From: Candidatus Cloacimonadales bacterium
Lineage (GTDB): Bacteria; Cloacimonadota; Cloacimonadia; Cloacimonadales; JAFGVF01
Direction: 5' to 3'
DNA length: 64,000 nucleotides
NCBI GenBank assembly: GCA_963667035.1
Contig: OY762964.1
Coordinates: forward strand, 1,440,001-1,504,000
Part shown: one piece after another, positions 49,941-60,566 of the stretch
Numbering within the stretch: the first letter of the stretch is position 1
Layout: every line of letters starts with the position of its first letter
Program-made: the position numbers and the translations under genes
Notes under the pieces: generated by a model
What the model saw: only the letters and a program-made list of their open reading frames with translations
Databases searched by the model: none
Told to the model about the DNA's origin: nothing

Positions 49941-51190
49941 TGAAAAAGTATTTATTACTGCTAGCTATAACAATACTAATTGTTACTTTAAAAGCAGATA
50001 TTTTAATCCCGATGGATGATACTCAAAATAATCATCTCAAAGCTTATGGGGTTGCATTCCATTGTTTGAGTCAAGGCACCGAAGTTCAATGGCTATTGAA
50101 CTATCGTGGAGGATCTTTCCTCATGGAAGATAGAGAATATATTATAGCCAGATGTAGGATAACGGGTGTCAGTTTTGAGAGAGTAAATTCATCAGATGTA
50201 GCTGTAATTATGCAGACAATTCAAGATAACAATATGGAATCGGTTAAACTAGAAAAGGAGCCAACTATAGCAGTTTATGCTCCACCTAATTTCCAACCTT
50301 GGGATGATGCTGTTACCATGGCTTTAACGTACGCAGAAATTAAGTTTGATATTATCTGGGACGATGAAGTTCTTACCGGTCAACTCTCTCAATATGACTG
50401 GTTACATTTACATCATGAGGATTTTACAGGGCAATATGGAAAATTCTATAGTTCTTATAGGAACACTGATTGGTATAAAACTACTGTTTCTGTTAATGAA
50501 CAAATGGCTAGTAAACACGGATTCCCTAAAGTTTGGATGTTAAAGCATGCTGTAGCCGCCAAGATTAAAGAATTTGTGGTTAATGGAGGATTCCTGTTTG
50601 CTATGTGTGCTGCAGTAGATACTATTGATATTGCTCTCGCATCAATGAATGTAGACGTAGTACCGGCAGAGTTTGACGGTGATGGTTTCGATCCAAATTA
50701 CAAGCAGAAACTCGATTTTGATAGTACTTTTGCTTTTGAGAACTTTAATTTAATCACTAATCCGATGGATTACGAATTCTCCGATATTGATGCTAGTAAT
50801 TATGCTAAGTTACGTGGTGCAGAAGCTGATTACTTTCAACTCTTTGATTTCTCGGCGAAGTATGATCCCGTACCAACAATGCTTACTCAATGTCATGTAA
50901 ACATTATTAACGGTTTTTTGGGACAGACAACTTCGTTCCATAAGAATAAGATAAAAGAGAGTGTCGTAATACTATCTGAAGTCCCACAAGCAGATGAAGT
51001 CAAATATCTACATGGGAATCTTGGAAAAGGGACTTTTACTTTTTACGGTGGTCATGATCCGGAAGATTACCAACATAGAATCGGTGACCCCGAAACAGTT
51101 TTAGATTTACATAAAAACTCTCCCGGTTATAGATTGATTCTGAATAATGTTCTATTCCCGGCAGCAGAAAAGAAAAAATTGAAAACCTGA
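49940..51190 (+). CDS. Conserved secreted FCB-group protein (often labelled 'asparagine synthetase B'; function unknown)
   Basis: Signal peptide; ILIPMD..Q.NHLKAYG, WLLNYRGGSF, LHLHHEDFTGQYGKF, GGHDPED. Confidence 0.75.
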   Translation: MKKYLLLLAITILIVTLKADILIPMDDTQNNHLKAYGVAFHCLSQGTEVQWLLNYRGGSFLMEDREYIIARCRITGVSFERVNSSDVAVIMQTIQDNNMESVKLEKEPTIAVYAPPNFQPWDDAVTMALTYAEIKFDIIWDDEVLTGQLSQYDWLHLHHEDFTGQYGKFYSSYRNTDWYKTTVSVNEQMASKHGFPKVWMLKHAVAAKIKEFVVNGGFLFAMCAAVDTIDIALASMNVDVVPAEFDGDGFDPNYKQKLDFDSTFAFENFNLITNPMDYEFSDIDASNYAKLRGAEADYFQLFDFSAKYDPVPTMLTQCHVNIINGFLGQTTSFHKNKIKESVVILSEVPQADEVKYLHGNLGKGTFTFYGGHDPEDYQHRIGDPETVLDLHKNSPGYRLILNNVLFPAAEKKKLKT

Positions 51191-51197
51191 GGTGCTT

Positions 51198-52100
51198 ATG
51201 TCTGAATTCTACAAAGATAAAAAGAAAACGGAAGCAAAAGTAGGATTAACTCTACTCTTTGCAGTTATTGTTATCATTATTGGCTATGCTTGGTTAACTA
51301 ATAGTCTCAAGAAAGGTCAAATGAATGAACTTACAGTTGCCTTTCCGGATGCTGCAAGATTAGAAAAAGGTGACGGAGTACTATTCAGAGGAGTCTATTG
51401 CGGAGTTGTTGATGATGTAACCCTCGAAGATAGCCGTGTGTTAGTGAAGTCATATATTGATAAAGGATACAATATTCCTGAAGGCAGTACATATCTCATA
51501 AAAGATAAAAGCATGATGGGGGGACATATTTTAGAGATAATCCCAAGTAATCATGACAGGTACATTGATTATGCGGAAATTCAAAAAGGTAATGTTGAAC
51601 CCGGTATCTTCAGTGCTGTTAAACAAGCTTCATTGTTAATGGAAAACTTGGAAAACCTAATCTGGCGACTTTCCAAAGAAGACGGTATGATTTCCCAATT
51701 TGAAGATACTTCCGAGCAACTAAATGAAATCACTAATATTGCTAATGATTTAATTAAAACTAATAAAGAAGCAATAAATACGGCAATGGAAAACTTGAAT
51801 TTGAGCATTGCAAAGATTGATTTCCTGTTATCAAAGAATGTGGAAAACATTGATAATACTCTCACTAATGTACCATTACTGTTAAATGAATCCAGAGAAG
51901 CAATTAAAGATTTGAATGCATCGGTTAATTCATTGAATGAGATTAGTGAATTACTGAAGAAAGAGGAAGGGTCTGCAGGAAAACTTCTGAATGACGATGA
52001 ACTCTATAACTCAATGGTAAAAACTATAAGTCATGCTGATTCATTATTGCATGAGATAAAAAAGCATCCAAGAAAATATTTGAAAATAAGTGTGTTCTAA
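51198..52100 (+). CDS. MlaD/MCE family protein
   Basis: TM anchor, MCE domain (LEKGDGVLFRGV..GVV), coiled coil, GSAGKLLNDDELY and HPRKY tail. Confidence 0.88.
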   Translation: MSEFYKDKKKTEAKVGLTLLFAVIVIIIGYAWLTNSLKKGQMNELTVAFPDAARLEKGDGVLFRGVYCGVVDDVTLEDSRVLVKSYIDKGYNIPEGSTYLIKDKSMMGGHILEIIPSNHDRYIDYAEIQKGNVEPGIFSAVKQASLLMENLENLIWRLSKEDGMISQFEDTSEQLNEITNIANDLIKTNKEAINTAMENLNLSIAKIDFLLSKNVENIDNTLTNVPLLLNESREAIKDLNASVNSLNEISELLKKEEGSAGKLLNDDELYNSMVKTISHADSLLHEIKKHPRKYLKISVF

Positions 52101-52101
52101 T

Positions 52102-55100
52102 ATGAAAAAGATTTGTTTTACAATACTGCTATCCCTACTGCTTGTTTCATTGTTTGCTGCTTTCGGACAGAATAAAGTACAACTGGAAAAAGAGAGATGG
52201 TCTAAACTAGAATCAATGCACTTTGATATCTACTATCCGGAAGGTGAGGATGATTTTGGTCAAACTGCTCTTTTAACTGCTGAAGAAGCATACTACTATC
52301 TTAAGAAAGATTTCGTTAGACCAATTATCGGTAGAATCCCAATCATAGTTTATAAATCTCACTCTGCATTTCAAACAACGAATGTTATCAATGCTTTGTT
52401 GAGTCAAGGAATTGCCGGATTTACCGAGAGCCAAAGAAACAGGGTAGTGCTTCCTTTTGACGGTGATTATAAGAATTTTGAAGAAGTTCTGACACATGAG
52501 CTTGTCCACGCTTATGTAAATAACTTTCAACAACGATACAATTCATCCAGATTCTTTTCCAGTAACACAGGTTACATCCCCTTCTGGTTCTCTGAAGGTC
52601 TACCCGAATACGAGGCTGTTGGAGGACGTGACAGTTACAATAATATGTTTATAATAGATATGATCATGAATGATTATATTTATCCTCTGGATAATATAAA
52701 CGGGTATTATGCTTATAGAGAAGGTGAATCATTTGTATCATATATATCCGAACAATACGGTAGAGAAAAAGTGATGGAATACTTCCACACAATCCGTTCT
52801 ATGAGCAATGTAGAAAAAGCTACAAAACAGATGTTTGGAATGAGCTTCAAACAGCTACAAAACAGATGGAAGACACACCTTAAAAAAAGATACTATAAAA
52901 CTATAGAAAACATTCAAATACCTTACGAGCATTATGAACAGCTAACTAATCACATTGAATCAAACACATATTTTAACTTCTTTCCGGCAATATCACCAGA
53001 TGGAAATAGATACCTATTCTTAAACAATAAGAATTATAGAAACAGTATTTGGTTAGGAGATATTGATGGAAACAAGAAACCTAGACTGATTATCAAGGGA
53101 GAAACATCTAACAAGATTGAACAATTTCACGTTCAACGAAACAATATCTCATGGTTTTCAGATAATGATAGATTTGCTTTTGCAGCTTCAAGTAACAAGG
53201 GTGATGTTATTCATATAGGCAGCGTAAACGACAAAAAGATTATCAATACATACACATTTAATGATTTTGATGCTATTTATGAGTTATCGGTTTCTCCTGA
53301 TGGTGAGAACATTACCTTCTGCGGACAAAGAAGGATGAATACAGATATTTTCGTTTATAATTTTGTAACTGATTCTTTAGTTAATGTGACTGCGGATAAA
53401 TATACAGATATGCAACCAGTATATTCCCACAAAGGTGACAGAATTGCTTTTACATCTTACAGGAATTGCCATCCTGATAGTATAAGACAAGGTCTTTTTA
53501 CGGGATTAACAAAGGATGTATTTATATATAACATAGAATCAGGCACATATCTTCAAGTAACAGATAATGGTTTTAATAACTCATCCCCTATCTGGTCGGG
53601 AGATGATAGTAAGTTACTTATACTTTCAGATAGAACCGGAATTTCCAATTATGATATAGTAGATTTAACTACCGGAGATACATCTAAACTAACCAATATA
53701 TTCAGTGGTGTCTTCTCCGGAGACATTTCTTCAGATGATTCTACTATTCTTTTATCAGTGTTCTACAATAACGGTTGGGATATTTATAAAGGCTTCAATC
53801 CGATAAAGAATCCGGTGAATTCTTTCAGCAATGATATCAAAGAGATTAGCTTTAATAATGATTTTGATGATTGCTTTAACCTAGACAGATATAAACTGTT
53901 CGGAAGAACAAAGCGAAACTTGAAAGAAGAATTTATGCATGCCAATCATCCGGGAAGTACAATTTTGGCTGTTAAGAACGTAACAAAATCCGATAGTCTT
54001 ATAAAAGCTCATAATGACCTTATCGATGCCAAACCTGATTCCATAACGATTATACCTCAAAAGAAATCATATAAGCCTAAATTTCTTATGGATTATCTTT
54101 ATGGAGGTGGAGCTTATTCCTCTTCTGACGGAGCATTAGTCTTCTTAGAAACAAATCTTACCGATCTTATGGGAAATCATACGATTGGAGCTATGATAGG
54201 AATCGCAGGAGATTTAGAAGACTCCAGTATTCAATTAAGCTATATATACAGACCTAACAGATTGGATATAGGGGCAAGTGTTTACTATCTTTCTGATGAA
54301 ACTATATACTACAATCCACGTAATGATTTATATCTGCGAGAAAGAGAGCATCTAGCCGGAACTAATATCTTTATTCGTTATCCCTTCAGTAGATTCTGGA
54401 GATTTGATGCAGGTATGGGCTTCCAGAAATATGACTCTATATGGAATATTGGAGTCGATAGCGTGGACGATATTAACTGGGGAGATAGAATTAAAGAATT
54501 TGAGGATGACGACTACCTCTTTATCCCAAGTTTTGAGATTGTGCATGATAATACCCTTTATGGCTCAACAGGACCAATGACAGGCTCCAGATCATATTAC
54601 CATGTAAGTAAAAGCTTTGCCGTAAACAATAAAAACTACCTTACTCAAGTGTTTGATACACGTCATTACTTTTTGTTTGCAAAACGATTCAATATCTCCG
54701 CTAGAGTCTTTGGAGGATGGAGTACTGGTGATGATCCTCAGACATTTAGTCTTGACTCTTGGTCTGGATTTAGTGTAGGAAACAGTTATGGAGTAAGAGG
54801 ATATACTAATGAAGAGCTGGAAGGAACAAAAAAGGCATTAACATCTCTAGAGTTAAGGGTACCATTTGTAGATTACGTAAAATTCGGATTTCCTCTTCCT
54901 CTAACATTAGGAGATATAAGGGGCTCTGTTTATACGGACTTAGGCTCTGTTTGGGACGATACAGATAATTGGAGAGGTATGGCGGACGGGAGATTCCAAG
55001 ATATAATTATGGGTTTTGGATTTGGTCCACGCATGAATATGGGGTATTTTGTCTTAAAACTTGATGTCTCATGGAATACTGATTTGTATAATACCGATAA

Positions 55101-55137
55101 ACCGGTATATTCATTTAGTATTTCTGAAGACTTCTAA
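52102..55137 (+). CDS. Omp85/BamA-family protein with N-terminal zincin (MA-like) and TolB/PD40 propeller domains
   Basis: THELVH...WFSEGLPEY; SPDG repeats; VRGY barrel motif; C-terminal Phe (FSISEDF). Confidence 0.85.
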   Translation: MKKICFTILLSLLLVSLFAAFGQNKVQLEKERWSKLESMHFDIYYPEGEDDFGQTALLTAEEAYYYLKKDFVRPIIGRIPIIVYKSHSAFQTTNVINALLSQGIAGFTESQRNRVVLPFDGDYKNFEEVLTHELVHAYVNNFQQRYNSSRFFSSNTGYIPFWFSEGLPEYEAVGGRDSYNNMFIIDMIMNDYIYPLDNINGYYAYREGESFVSYISEQYGREKVMEYFHTIRSMSNVEKATKQMFGMSFKQLQNRWKTHLKKRYYKTIENIQIPYEHYEQLTNHIESNTYFNFFPAISPDGNRYLFLNNKNYRNSIWLGDIDGNKKPRLIIKGETSNKIEQFHVQRNNISWFSDNDRFAFAASSNKGDVIHIGSVNDKKIINTYTFNDFDAIYELSVSPDGENITFCGQRRMNTDIFVYNFVTDSLVNVTADKYTDMQPVYSHKGDRIAFTSYRNCHPDSIRQGLFTGLTKDVFIYNIESGTYLQVTDNGFNNSSPIWSGDDSKLLILSDRTGISNYDIVDLTTGDTSKLTNIFSGVFSGDISSDDSTILLSVFYNNGWDIYKGFNPIKNPVNSFSNDIKEISFNNDFDDCFNLDRYKLFGRTKRNLKEEFMHANHPGSTILAVKNVTKSDSLIKAHNDLIDAKPDSITIIPQKKSYKPKFLMDYLYGGGAYSSSDGALVFLETNLTDLMGNHTIGAMIGIAGDLEDSSIQLSYIYRPNRLDIGASVYYLSDETIYYNPRNDLYLREREHLAGTNIFIRYPFSRFWRFDAGMGFQKYDSIWNIGVDSVDDINWGDRIKEFEDDDYLFIPSFEIVHDNTLYGSTGPMTGSRSYYHVSKSFAVNNKNYLTQVFDTRHYFLFAKRFNISARVFGGWSTGDDPQTFSLDSWSGFSVGNSYGVRGYTNEELEGTKKALTSLELRVPFVDYVKFGFPLPLTLGDIRGSVYTDLGSVWDDTDNWRGMADGRFQDIIMGFGFGPRMNMGYFVLKLDVSWNTDLYNTDKPVYSFSISEDF

Positions 55138-55150
55138 AAGGAAAGAAATT

Positions 55151-55954
55151 ATGAAAAAATCACCGAAAGAGATTACTCTTGAAAAAAATATATTGAAACA
55201 ACTAACAGACAATGCATATAAAGCAGCTGAGATAATTTTTAACGATCCTGAGATACATGCAATACAAGAGCATGCTAATATTGTGTCTATTAAACGATTG
55301 GGATATAACGACCATGGACCCGTTCATATGAGAATGGCATCATTAAACGCAATAAAGCTATGTAACCTGCTTATTGAATCTGGAATCAAATTGTCTCTCC
55401 AACAAGATTTGGATTATACATCCGATGATAGTATGACTGCAGTTGTGATAGCTTCGTTACTTCACGATTTTGGTATGTCTGTTGCTAGAGATTCTCACGA
55501 AATGTATAGTATAACAATAGCTCTCCCCTATATTGAGAAAATACTCATGGAGATATATCCCGATTCATTGGATAAAAGAGTTGCTGTTAAATCAACAGTA
55601 ATTGAAGGAATTGCAGGTCATATGGCAACTAGGAAAATACATTCATTAGAAGCAGGACTAGTTTTGATAGGCGATGGATGTGATATGGAGAAAGGAAGAG
55701 CAAGAATTCCCAGTCTTATCAGTAATTCTCCCAAAGTAGGAGATATTCATAGATATTCATCTTCATCTATCGAAAAAGTTACAATAACAAAAGGCGAAGA
55801 GAAACCTATTAGAATTATAGTTTCTATGAGTGCTTCTGTTGGTTTCTTCCAGATAGAAGAAGTCCTATTCCCCAAGATTAGTTCAAGTCCGGTAAAACCA
55901 TACATTGAACTAATAGCCGGTGTTAAAGGTAAAGAACCTGCTCGCTATTTATAA
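55151..55954 (+). CDS. HD-domain phosphohydrolase
   Basis: RLGYNDHGPVH, LHDFG and DGCDMEKGRAR motifs. Confidence 0.88.
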   Translation: MKKSPKEITLEKNILKQLTDNAYKAAEIIFNDPEIHAIQEHANIVSIKRLGYNDHGPVHMRMASLNAIKLCNLLIESGIKLSLQQDLDYTSDDSMTAVVIASLLHDFGMSVARDSHEMYSITIALPYIEKILMEIYPDSLDKRVAVKSTVIEGIAGHMATRKIHSLEAGLVLIGDGCDMEKGRARIPSLISNSPKVGDIHRYSSSSIEKVTITKGEEKPIRIIVSMSASVGFFQIEEVLFPKISSSPVKPYIELIAGVKGKEPARYL

Positions 55955-55962
55955 AGGAAGAC

Positions 55963-56898
55963 ATGGAAATACATTTTCAAAATAGAATTAACCAATTGAA
56001 AGATAGCCTTAACCCTGAGAATATTAATCTCAAAGTCGAAAAAGAAATCAAATACGGATTCAAGATTAGTTTTACGCAAAACAATCTTGAGTCTACTTTT
56101 GATTTACTATATTCAGCAAAAAAAAAGAGCTATTCTTTAACTTTCAAACGAGGTAGTGAAACATTAGCTTCTTATATCTCTAAACTACTCCAATTTGCAG
56201 ATATGAAAGTTACAACACCAGTAACAACACCCGATCAAGTGGAATCTTTTGAACATAGCTATCATTGTTGGACAGGTAGTGATGAATCCGGAAAAGGTGA
56301 TTTCTTTGGACCATTAGTAACAGCAGTGTTTCGATGCAATGACGATGTTGCAAAAGTTCTTAAAGCAATTGGTGTAACTGATAGTAAAGCTCTAACAGAT
56401 TCAAAGATAACTGTTATTGCCAAACAGCTTTATAAGGTATATCCGGATAGAATTAATTGTATTGTTCTTAAGCCTGAAAGATATAACTCTCTTTATTCAG
56501 ACATGTTGAAACAAGGGAAGAAACTGAATGAGATGCTTGATTGGCTTCATTACAAAACTATTGAACCTTTTTTAGAAGATAAGACAGTAGAAGCTCTAAT
56601 TATTGATCAATACTCCAAATCAGGAAAATTAAGAGGAAAACTCTCTGCTAAATTTAAAAAAGATATAATTATTCAAACAAAAGCGGAATCTGACCCTGCT
56701 GTTGCTGCCGCTTCGATTATTGCTCGATATCAGTTTGTTAATGCTATTGAGTTAATGGGGCGAAATTATAAAATGAAGTTCCCTAAAGGAGCTTCAAATC
56801 CCGTTATTAGTGCAGCGAAAAGCTTTACCCAATCCTTTGGAAAAAATAATCTCAATAAAGTAGCAAAAATACATTTCAAAACTATGGAAAAACTATAA
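55963..56898 (+). CDS. rnhC: Ribonuclease HIII
   Basis: GSDESGKGDFFGPLV, GVTDSKAL, DQY, VAAASIIAR, KGAS and AKIHFKT motifs; N-terminal extension. Confidence 0.9.
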   Translation: MEIHFQNRINQLKDSLNPENINLKVEKEIKYGFKISFTQNNLESTFDLLYSAKKKSYSLTFKRGSETLASYISKLLQFADMKVTTPVTTPDQVESFEHSYHCWTGSDESGKGDFFGPLVTAVFRCNDDVAKVLKAIGVTDSKALTDSKITVIAKQLYKVYPDRINCIVLKPERYNSLYSDMLKQGKKLNEMLDWLHYKTIEPFLEDKTVEALIIDQYSKSGKLRGKLSAKFKKDIIIQTKAESDPAVAAASIIARYQFVNAIELMGRNYKMKFPKGASNPVISAAKSFTQSFGKNNLNKVAKIHFKTMEKL

Positions 56899-57845
56899 TG
56901 CAAACCTTAGTGCTGAATAAAATGCCTGATTCATTCTGGCAATTAGTGAAAAAGAATAAACTGGAAGAATACTTCACCGATGCAAAAATCCTATTTTCTG
57001 AAGATATAGAAGTTTTTGTTATCAGAACTGATATTTATATAAACGAATCATATTTTAAGCGCTTTCCCAATCTAAAAATGATTATTAGAGCCGGTTCAGG
57101 AGTTGATAATGTTGATTTCGAAGCTGCTGCAAGGCATAATGTGATAGTTTGCAATACTCCACATGCAAATGTACCTTCTGCTTATGAACATACCATTAGC
57201 ATGATTATGGCTTTGTTGAAGAATCATAACAATTCTAAAGAAGCAGTTATGTCTAAGGAATGGAAAGACAATCTTAGACCTAGTTGGGAAATATCAGATG
57301 TTAAGGCATTGATTGTTGGACTGGGTAGAATAGGTTCAAGAGTTGCTGCTTTTCTCAAAATACACGGTGCAGAAGTTAAAGCTGTTGATCCGTATGTAGA
57401 CAATAGTAGATTTGATGAGTTAGGAATAGAACCAATAAGCTATGTTCAAGGTTTGAAATGGTGTAATTTAATTAGTTTTCATTGTCCTTTAACAAAAAAT
57501 ACTCACTACTATTTCTCAACTCCTATCCTAAATTTACTAGAGAATCCGGTCTACTTGCTTAACGTTGCAAGAGGAAGTATTGTGAGTGAGGACGCTTTAG
57601 AAAAGGGACTTATCAGTGGCATGATATTGGGTGCAGGAATAGATGTTTTTGAAGATGAACCATGGGAAGTAAAACCCTTTGCTTCCAATCCAAATGTATT
57701 GCTGTCCCCGCATACCGGAGCTTTTACCGAGAAAGCCAAGCAACGCCTTTCCGAAGAAACGATTGAAGTTTGGAAGGAATTTGTGTTTAACAACTGTATA
57801 AAATCAGAAGTAGTTAAATGGGAATTATTGACTCCTGTGCGATAA
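56898..57845 (+). CDS. D-2-hydroxyacid dehydrogenase (SerA-like, no ACT domain)
   Basis: RAGSGVDNVD, GLGRIG, HCPLT, NVARG, DVFEDEP and PHTGA motifs. Confidence 0.9.
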   Translation: MQTLVLNKMPDSFWQLVKKNKLEEYFTDAKILFSEDIEVFVIRTDIYINESYFKRFPNLKMIIRAGSGVDNVDFEAAARHNVIVCNTPHANVPSAYEHTISMIMALLKNHNNSKEAVMSKEWKDNLRPSWEISDVKALIVGLGRIGSRVAAFLKIHGAEVKAVDPYVDNSRFDELGIEPISYVQGLKWCNLISFHCPLTKNTHYYFSTPILNLLENPVYLLNVARGSIVSEDALEKGLISGMILGAGIDVFEDEPWEVKPFASNPNVLLSPHTGAFTEKAKQRLSEETIEVWKEFVFNNCIKSEVVKWELLTPVR

Positions 57846-57983
57846 AAACCTTGACACTTATGCTATAAATAATATTGTCTAGTCATCATATATATTTACT
57901 AAATCCAAATAGACTTATTTAGAAATTACCATTGTAATTTGTTAAATACCTTTGATATGGAATACTAACATACTGGAGATACC

Positions 57984-58817
57984 ATGCTTAGAGAAGTAGG
58001 AAGACTTACTATCGAAGATACTAAAGAGATACATTTAAGAGTTGAAAAAATATTTAAACAAATTGATAAAGATAGAGCTGATTTAGCAGAAAAACGCTTG
58101 TATGAATTGGCTAATACTGCTAACTACTTCATTCGAGAGACAACGGGTAAAGAGCTAGCTGAATATGAAGGCGATAACAGTCAGAAACTTGATGAAGTAT
58201 GTTATCGCATGCTTGAAGATGAAATGTACGGAGTTAGAGCAACAGCTCTTTTTTACTTCTATAACAAATATCAGAAAGATCCTGAGAAGATTCTAGAGAT
58301 AATGGGCAGAGTTTTTGAGACTATCCCTTGGGAATCTGAGAGTCTTTGTTTCTATATGTGGAAATCCCATACTGCTGTAATGAAAGAAGTAATGCTTAAA
58401 TGGCAAAAGTCAGAAAATGATAAGATGCGTTCCCTTTCAATTCACGGTTTAGAGAATATTGCTACCAAAGACCCTAAATATATTATGGAATTTCTCAGTA
58501 ATCTGCTAAACGATAAAAATACTGAAGTACAGAAAAAGGTATCTCATGTGTTAACGCAGACTTGTAGACTTCGTTCAGCTACTTGCTATCCAATACTGAA
58601 AACATGGATTGAAGAAGGTGACGATACTGTTATTAAGACAGTGTGGGTAACATTAAAGAAACTTACTAACATCTTAGGGCAGAAAAGTAAGGCAAACAAA
58701 TCTCATGAGTTTATCAATTCCACTCAGAAAATTATTAAAGAGTGGAGACATGATCCCAATGAATATGTTGCAGCAATGGGTAATAAACTCTTCCACATCA
58801 CAAAGAACAAGAAATAA
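57984..58817 (+). CDS. HEAT/ARM-repeat protein (AlkD-like)
   Basis: Helical repeats of the D...VR/V.K.V type; GGAG RBS. Confidence 0.65.
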   Translation: MLREVGRLTIEDTKEIHLRVEKIFKQIDKDRADLAEKRLYELANTANYFIRETTGKELAEYEGDNSQKLDEVCYRMLEDEMYGVRATALFYFYNKYQKDPEKILEIMGRVFETIPWESESLCFYMWKSHTAVMKEVMLKWQKSENDKMRSLSIHGLENIATKDPKYIMEFLSNLLNDKNTEVQKKVSHVLTQTCRLRSATCYPILKTWIEEGDDTVIKTVWVTLKKLTNILGQKSKANKSHEFINSTQKIIKEWRHDPNEYVAAMGNKLFHITKNKK

Positions 58818-58831
58818 TCACATCAACGTTA

Positions 58832-59545
58832 ATGGATAATATCCATATTATCTTAGTAGAGCCTGTTTATGCAGGAAATGTAGCTTCTATAGCAAGAATA
58901 ATGAACAACTTTGAGTTTTCGAAGCTACGAATTGTTGGTGAAATGCCTACTGATAGCCATTTCTATATGGCTGTGCATTCAGAACACATTCTTGATAACG
59001 TGCAGCACTTTGATAGCTTAGAAAATGCACTTTCAGATATAGATAGAGCCATTGCTTTTTCTAGAAGAAAAGGAAAGCTTAAGAAAGTAGATTTGATCCC
59101 TTCCGGAGTTGCTGAATACATTCATACTGCTAAAGACTTAAGTTATGGACTTGTTTTTGGTAGAGAGACCTATGGCTTAACAGACGAGGAAGCTTCTCTT
59201 TGCCCTTTAAGATGCTATATAAAGGCAAATCCTTCATTTCCTTCCTTGAACCTCTCACAAGCAGTTGCTGTAATACTCTATGAAATATACGGTTATAATC
59301 AGAAACAGAATGCAGAGTCTTACAAGTATTCCAAGAAAACAGAATTCTCATCTCTTATTGATTATATAATGAATACATTGGAAAATGTAGGCTTTGATAA
59401 ATCAAAGGAAAATTATAATTGGGGACAGTTTTTTGAGAATCTGTTTTCAAGAGCAAATCTCACTTCAGATATGGCATATCGAATAAAGCAATTGTTTAAC
59501 CGCATCAATGTAGCAGTTAAAGGTAAGGGCAAAGGATATCATTAA
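58832..59545 (+). CDS. trmJ: TrmJ/LasT family SPOUT RNA methyltransferase
   Basis: LVEP..AGNV..IARIM.NF, LVFGRETYGLT and SLNLSQAV motifs. Confidence 0.85.
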   Translation: MDNIHIILVEPVYAGNVASIARIMNNFEFSKLRIVGEMPTDSHFYMAVHSEHILDNVQHFDSLENALSDIDRAIAFSRRKGKLKKVDLIPSGVAEYIHTAKDLSYGLVFGRETYGLTDEEASLCPLRCYIKANPSFPSLNLSQAVAVILYEIYGYNQKQNAESYKYSKKTEFSSLIDYIMNTLENVGFDKSKENYNWGQFFENLFSRANLTSDMAYRIKQLFNRINVAVKGKGKGYH

Positions 59546-59649
59546 CTAAGATAGAGTATTGTTAATATTCTCCATAAGTTAACGTGTGATTTATCTTAAA
59601 TAAACAATCCGAAGGTATATAAATACAAATGTTTATTTAAGGTAAGGAT

Positions 59650-60078
59650 TTGATAAAGAAAATATTTGTAAATAAAACCGATAACACCGGACTTCAGTTA
59701 TGGAGATACCTAACACTCGGAAGCATAGCAATCTTAACAGATTATCTCGTATTATATATTCTGCACGAGCTAGTACATCTACACTATCTTATTGCTGCTA
59801 CTCCTGCATTTATAATTGGACAGTTAACAAATTATCTGATATCTAAACAATTTATTTTCCCTAACAGTAAACATCCGGTCAAGTTCGAGCTTACAATATT
59901 TGTATTAATAGGTTTTATCTGCTTAAACATGAATCTTGTTAGCATGTGGTACTTTACTTCCATTTTACATCTGCATTATCTTCTTAGCAAAATCATCAGC
60001 AATGCTATTATTTTCCTATTTTCATTCTTTGCCCGTAAACTAATTCTTTTTCCACATAAAATGAAGGGAGTAATTTAA
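59650..60078 (+). CDS. GtrA family membrane protein
   Basis: Four TMs; QLWRY..G, NYLISKQFIF, RKLILF. Confidence 0.85.
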   Translation: MIKKIFVNKTDNTGLQLWRYLTLGSIAILTDYLVLYILHELVHLHYLIAATPAFIIGQLTNYLISKQFIFPNSKHPVKFELTIFVLIGFICLNMNLVSMWYFTSILHLHYLLSKIISNAIIFLFSFFARKLILFPHKMKGVI

Positions 60079-60566
60079 TGTTTATCTTAATTCTAGTTGC
60101 ATCTTTAATTCTGTTTTTTTTCGTCACCAATACTATCAGTTATAGAATACTTAAGAACAAAATCTTAAAAAGCAGAAAATGGGATTTGAACATCTGTTGC
60201 GGTAAAACTGATGGAGGTGGAGTTAATGCTGATATTGTTAAACATATAGAATTACCGAATTATATACAGATAAATGATATAACTAATCTTCCGTTTAAGA
60301 ATAAGCAGTTTAAACATGTCTTATGCTCTCATACAATTGAGCATGTTGATAATCCGATTGCTTTCTACAACGAGCTTCAAAGAGTAGGAGAAAATGTGGT
60401 GATAGTTGTTCCGCCTTTATGGGACATAACAGCAGCTTTTAACATCATAGAGCATAAGTGGTTATTCCTAACTATGAGACCAAATCACCTCAAGCTTCCT
60501 TTTCATGTGAGATTACCAATTGCACATAAACTACAATCAATCTGGGGTCAGAAGATTAAAGCTTAG
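60078..60566 (+). CDS. Membrane-anchored short class I SAM-methyltransferase-like protein
   Basis: LNICCG and DITNLPFKNKQFKHVLCSHTIEHV...ELQRV motifs. Confidence 0.75.
   Translation: MFILILVASLILFFFVTNTISYRILKNKILKSRKWDLNICCGKTDGGGVNADIVKHIELPNYIQINDITNLPFKNKQFKHVLCSHTIEHVDNPIAFYNELQRVGENVVIVVPPLWDITAAFNIIEHKWLFLTMRPNHLKLPFHVRLPIAHKLQSIWGQKIKA

Noticed and set aside
56898..57845. Phosphite dehydrogenase PtxD partnering phnDCE
   Set aside because: It lies 19 kb away in a housekeeping operon and has a SerA-like RAGSGVDNVD motif.
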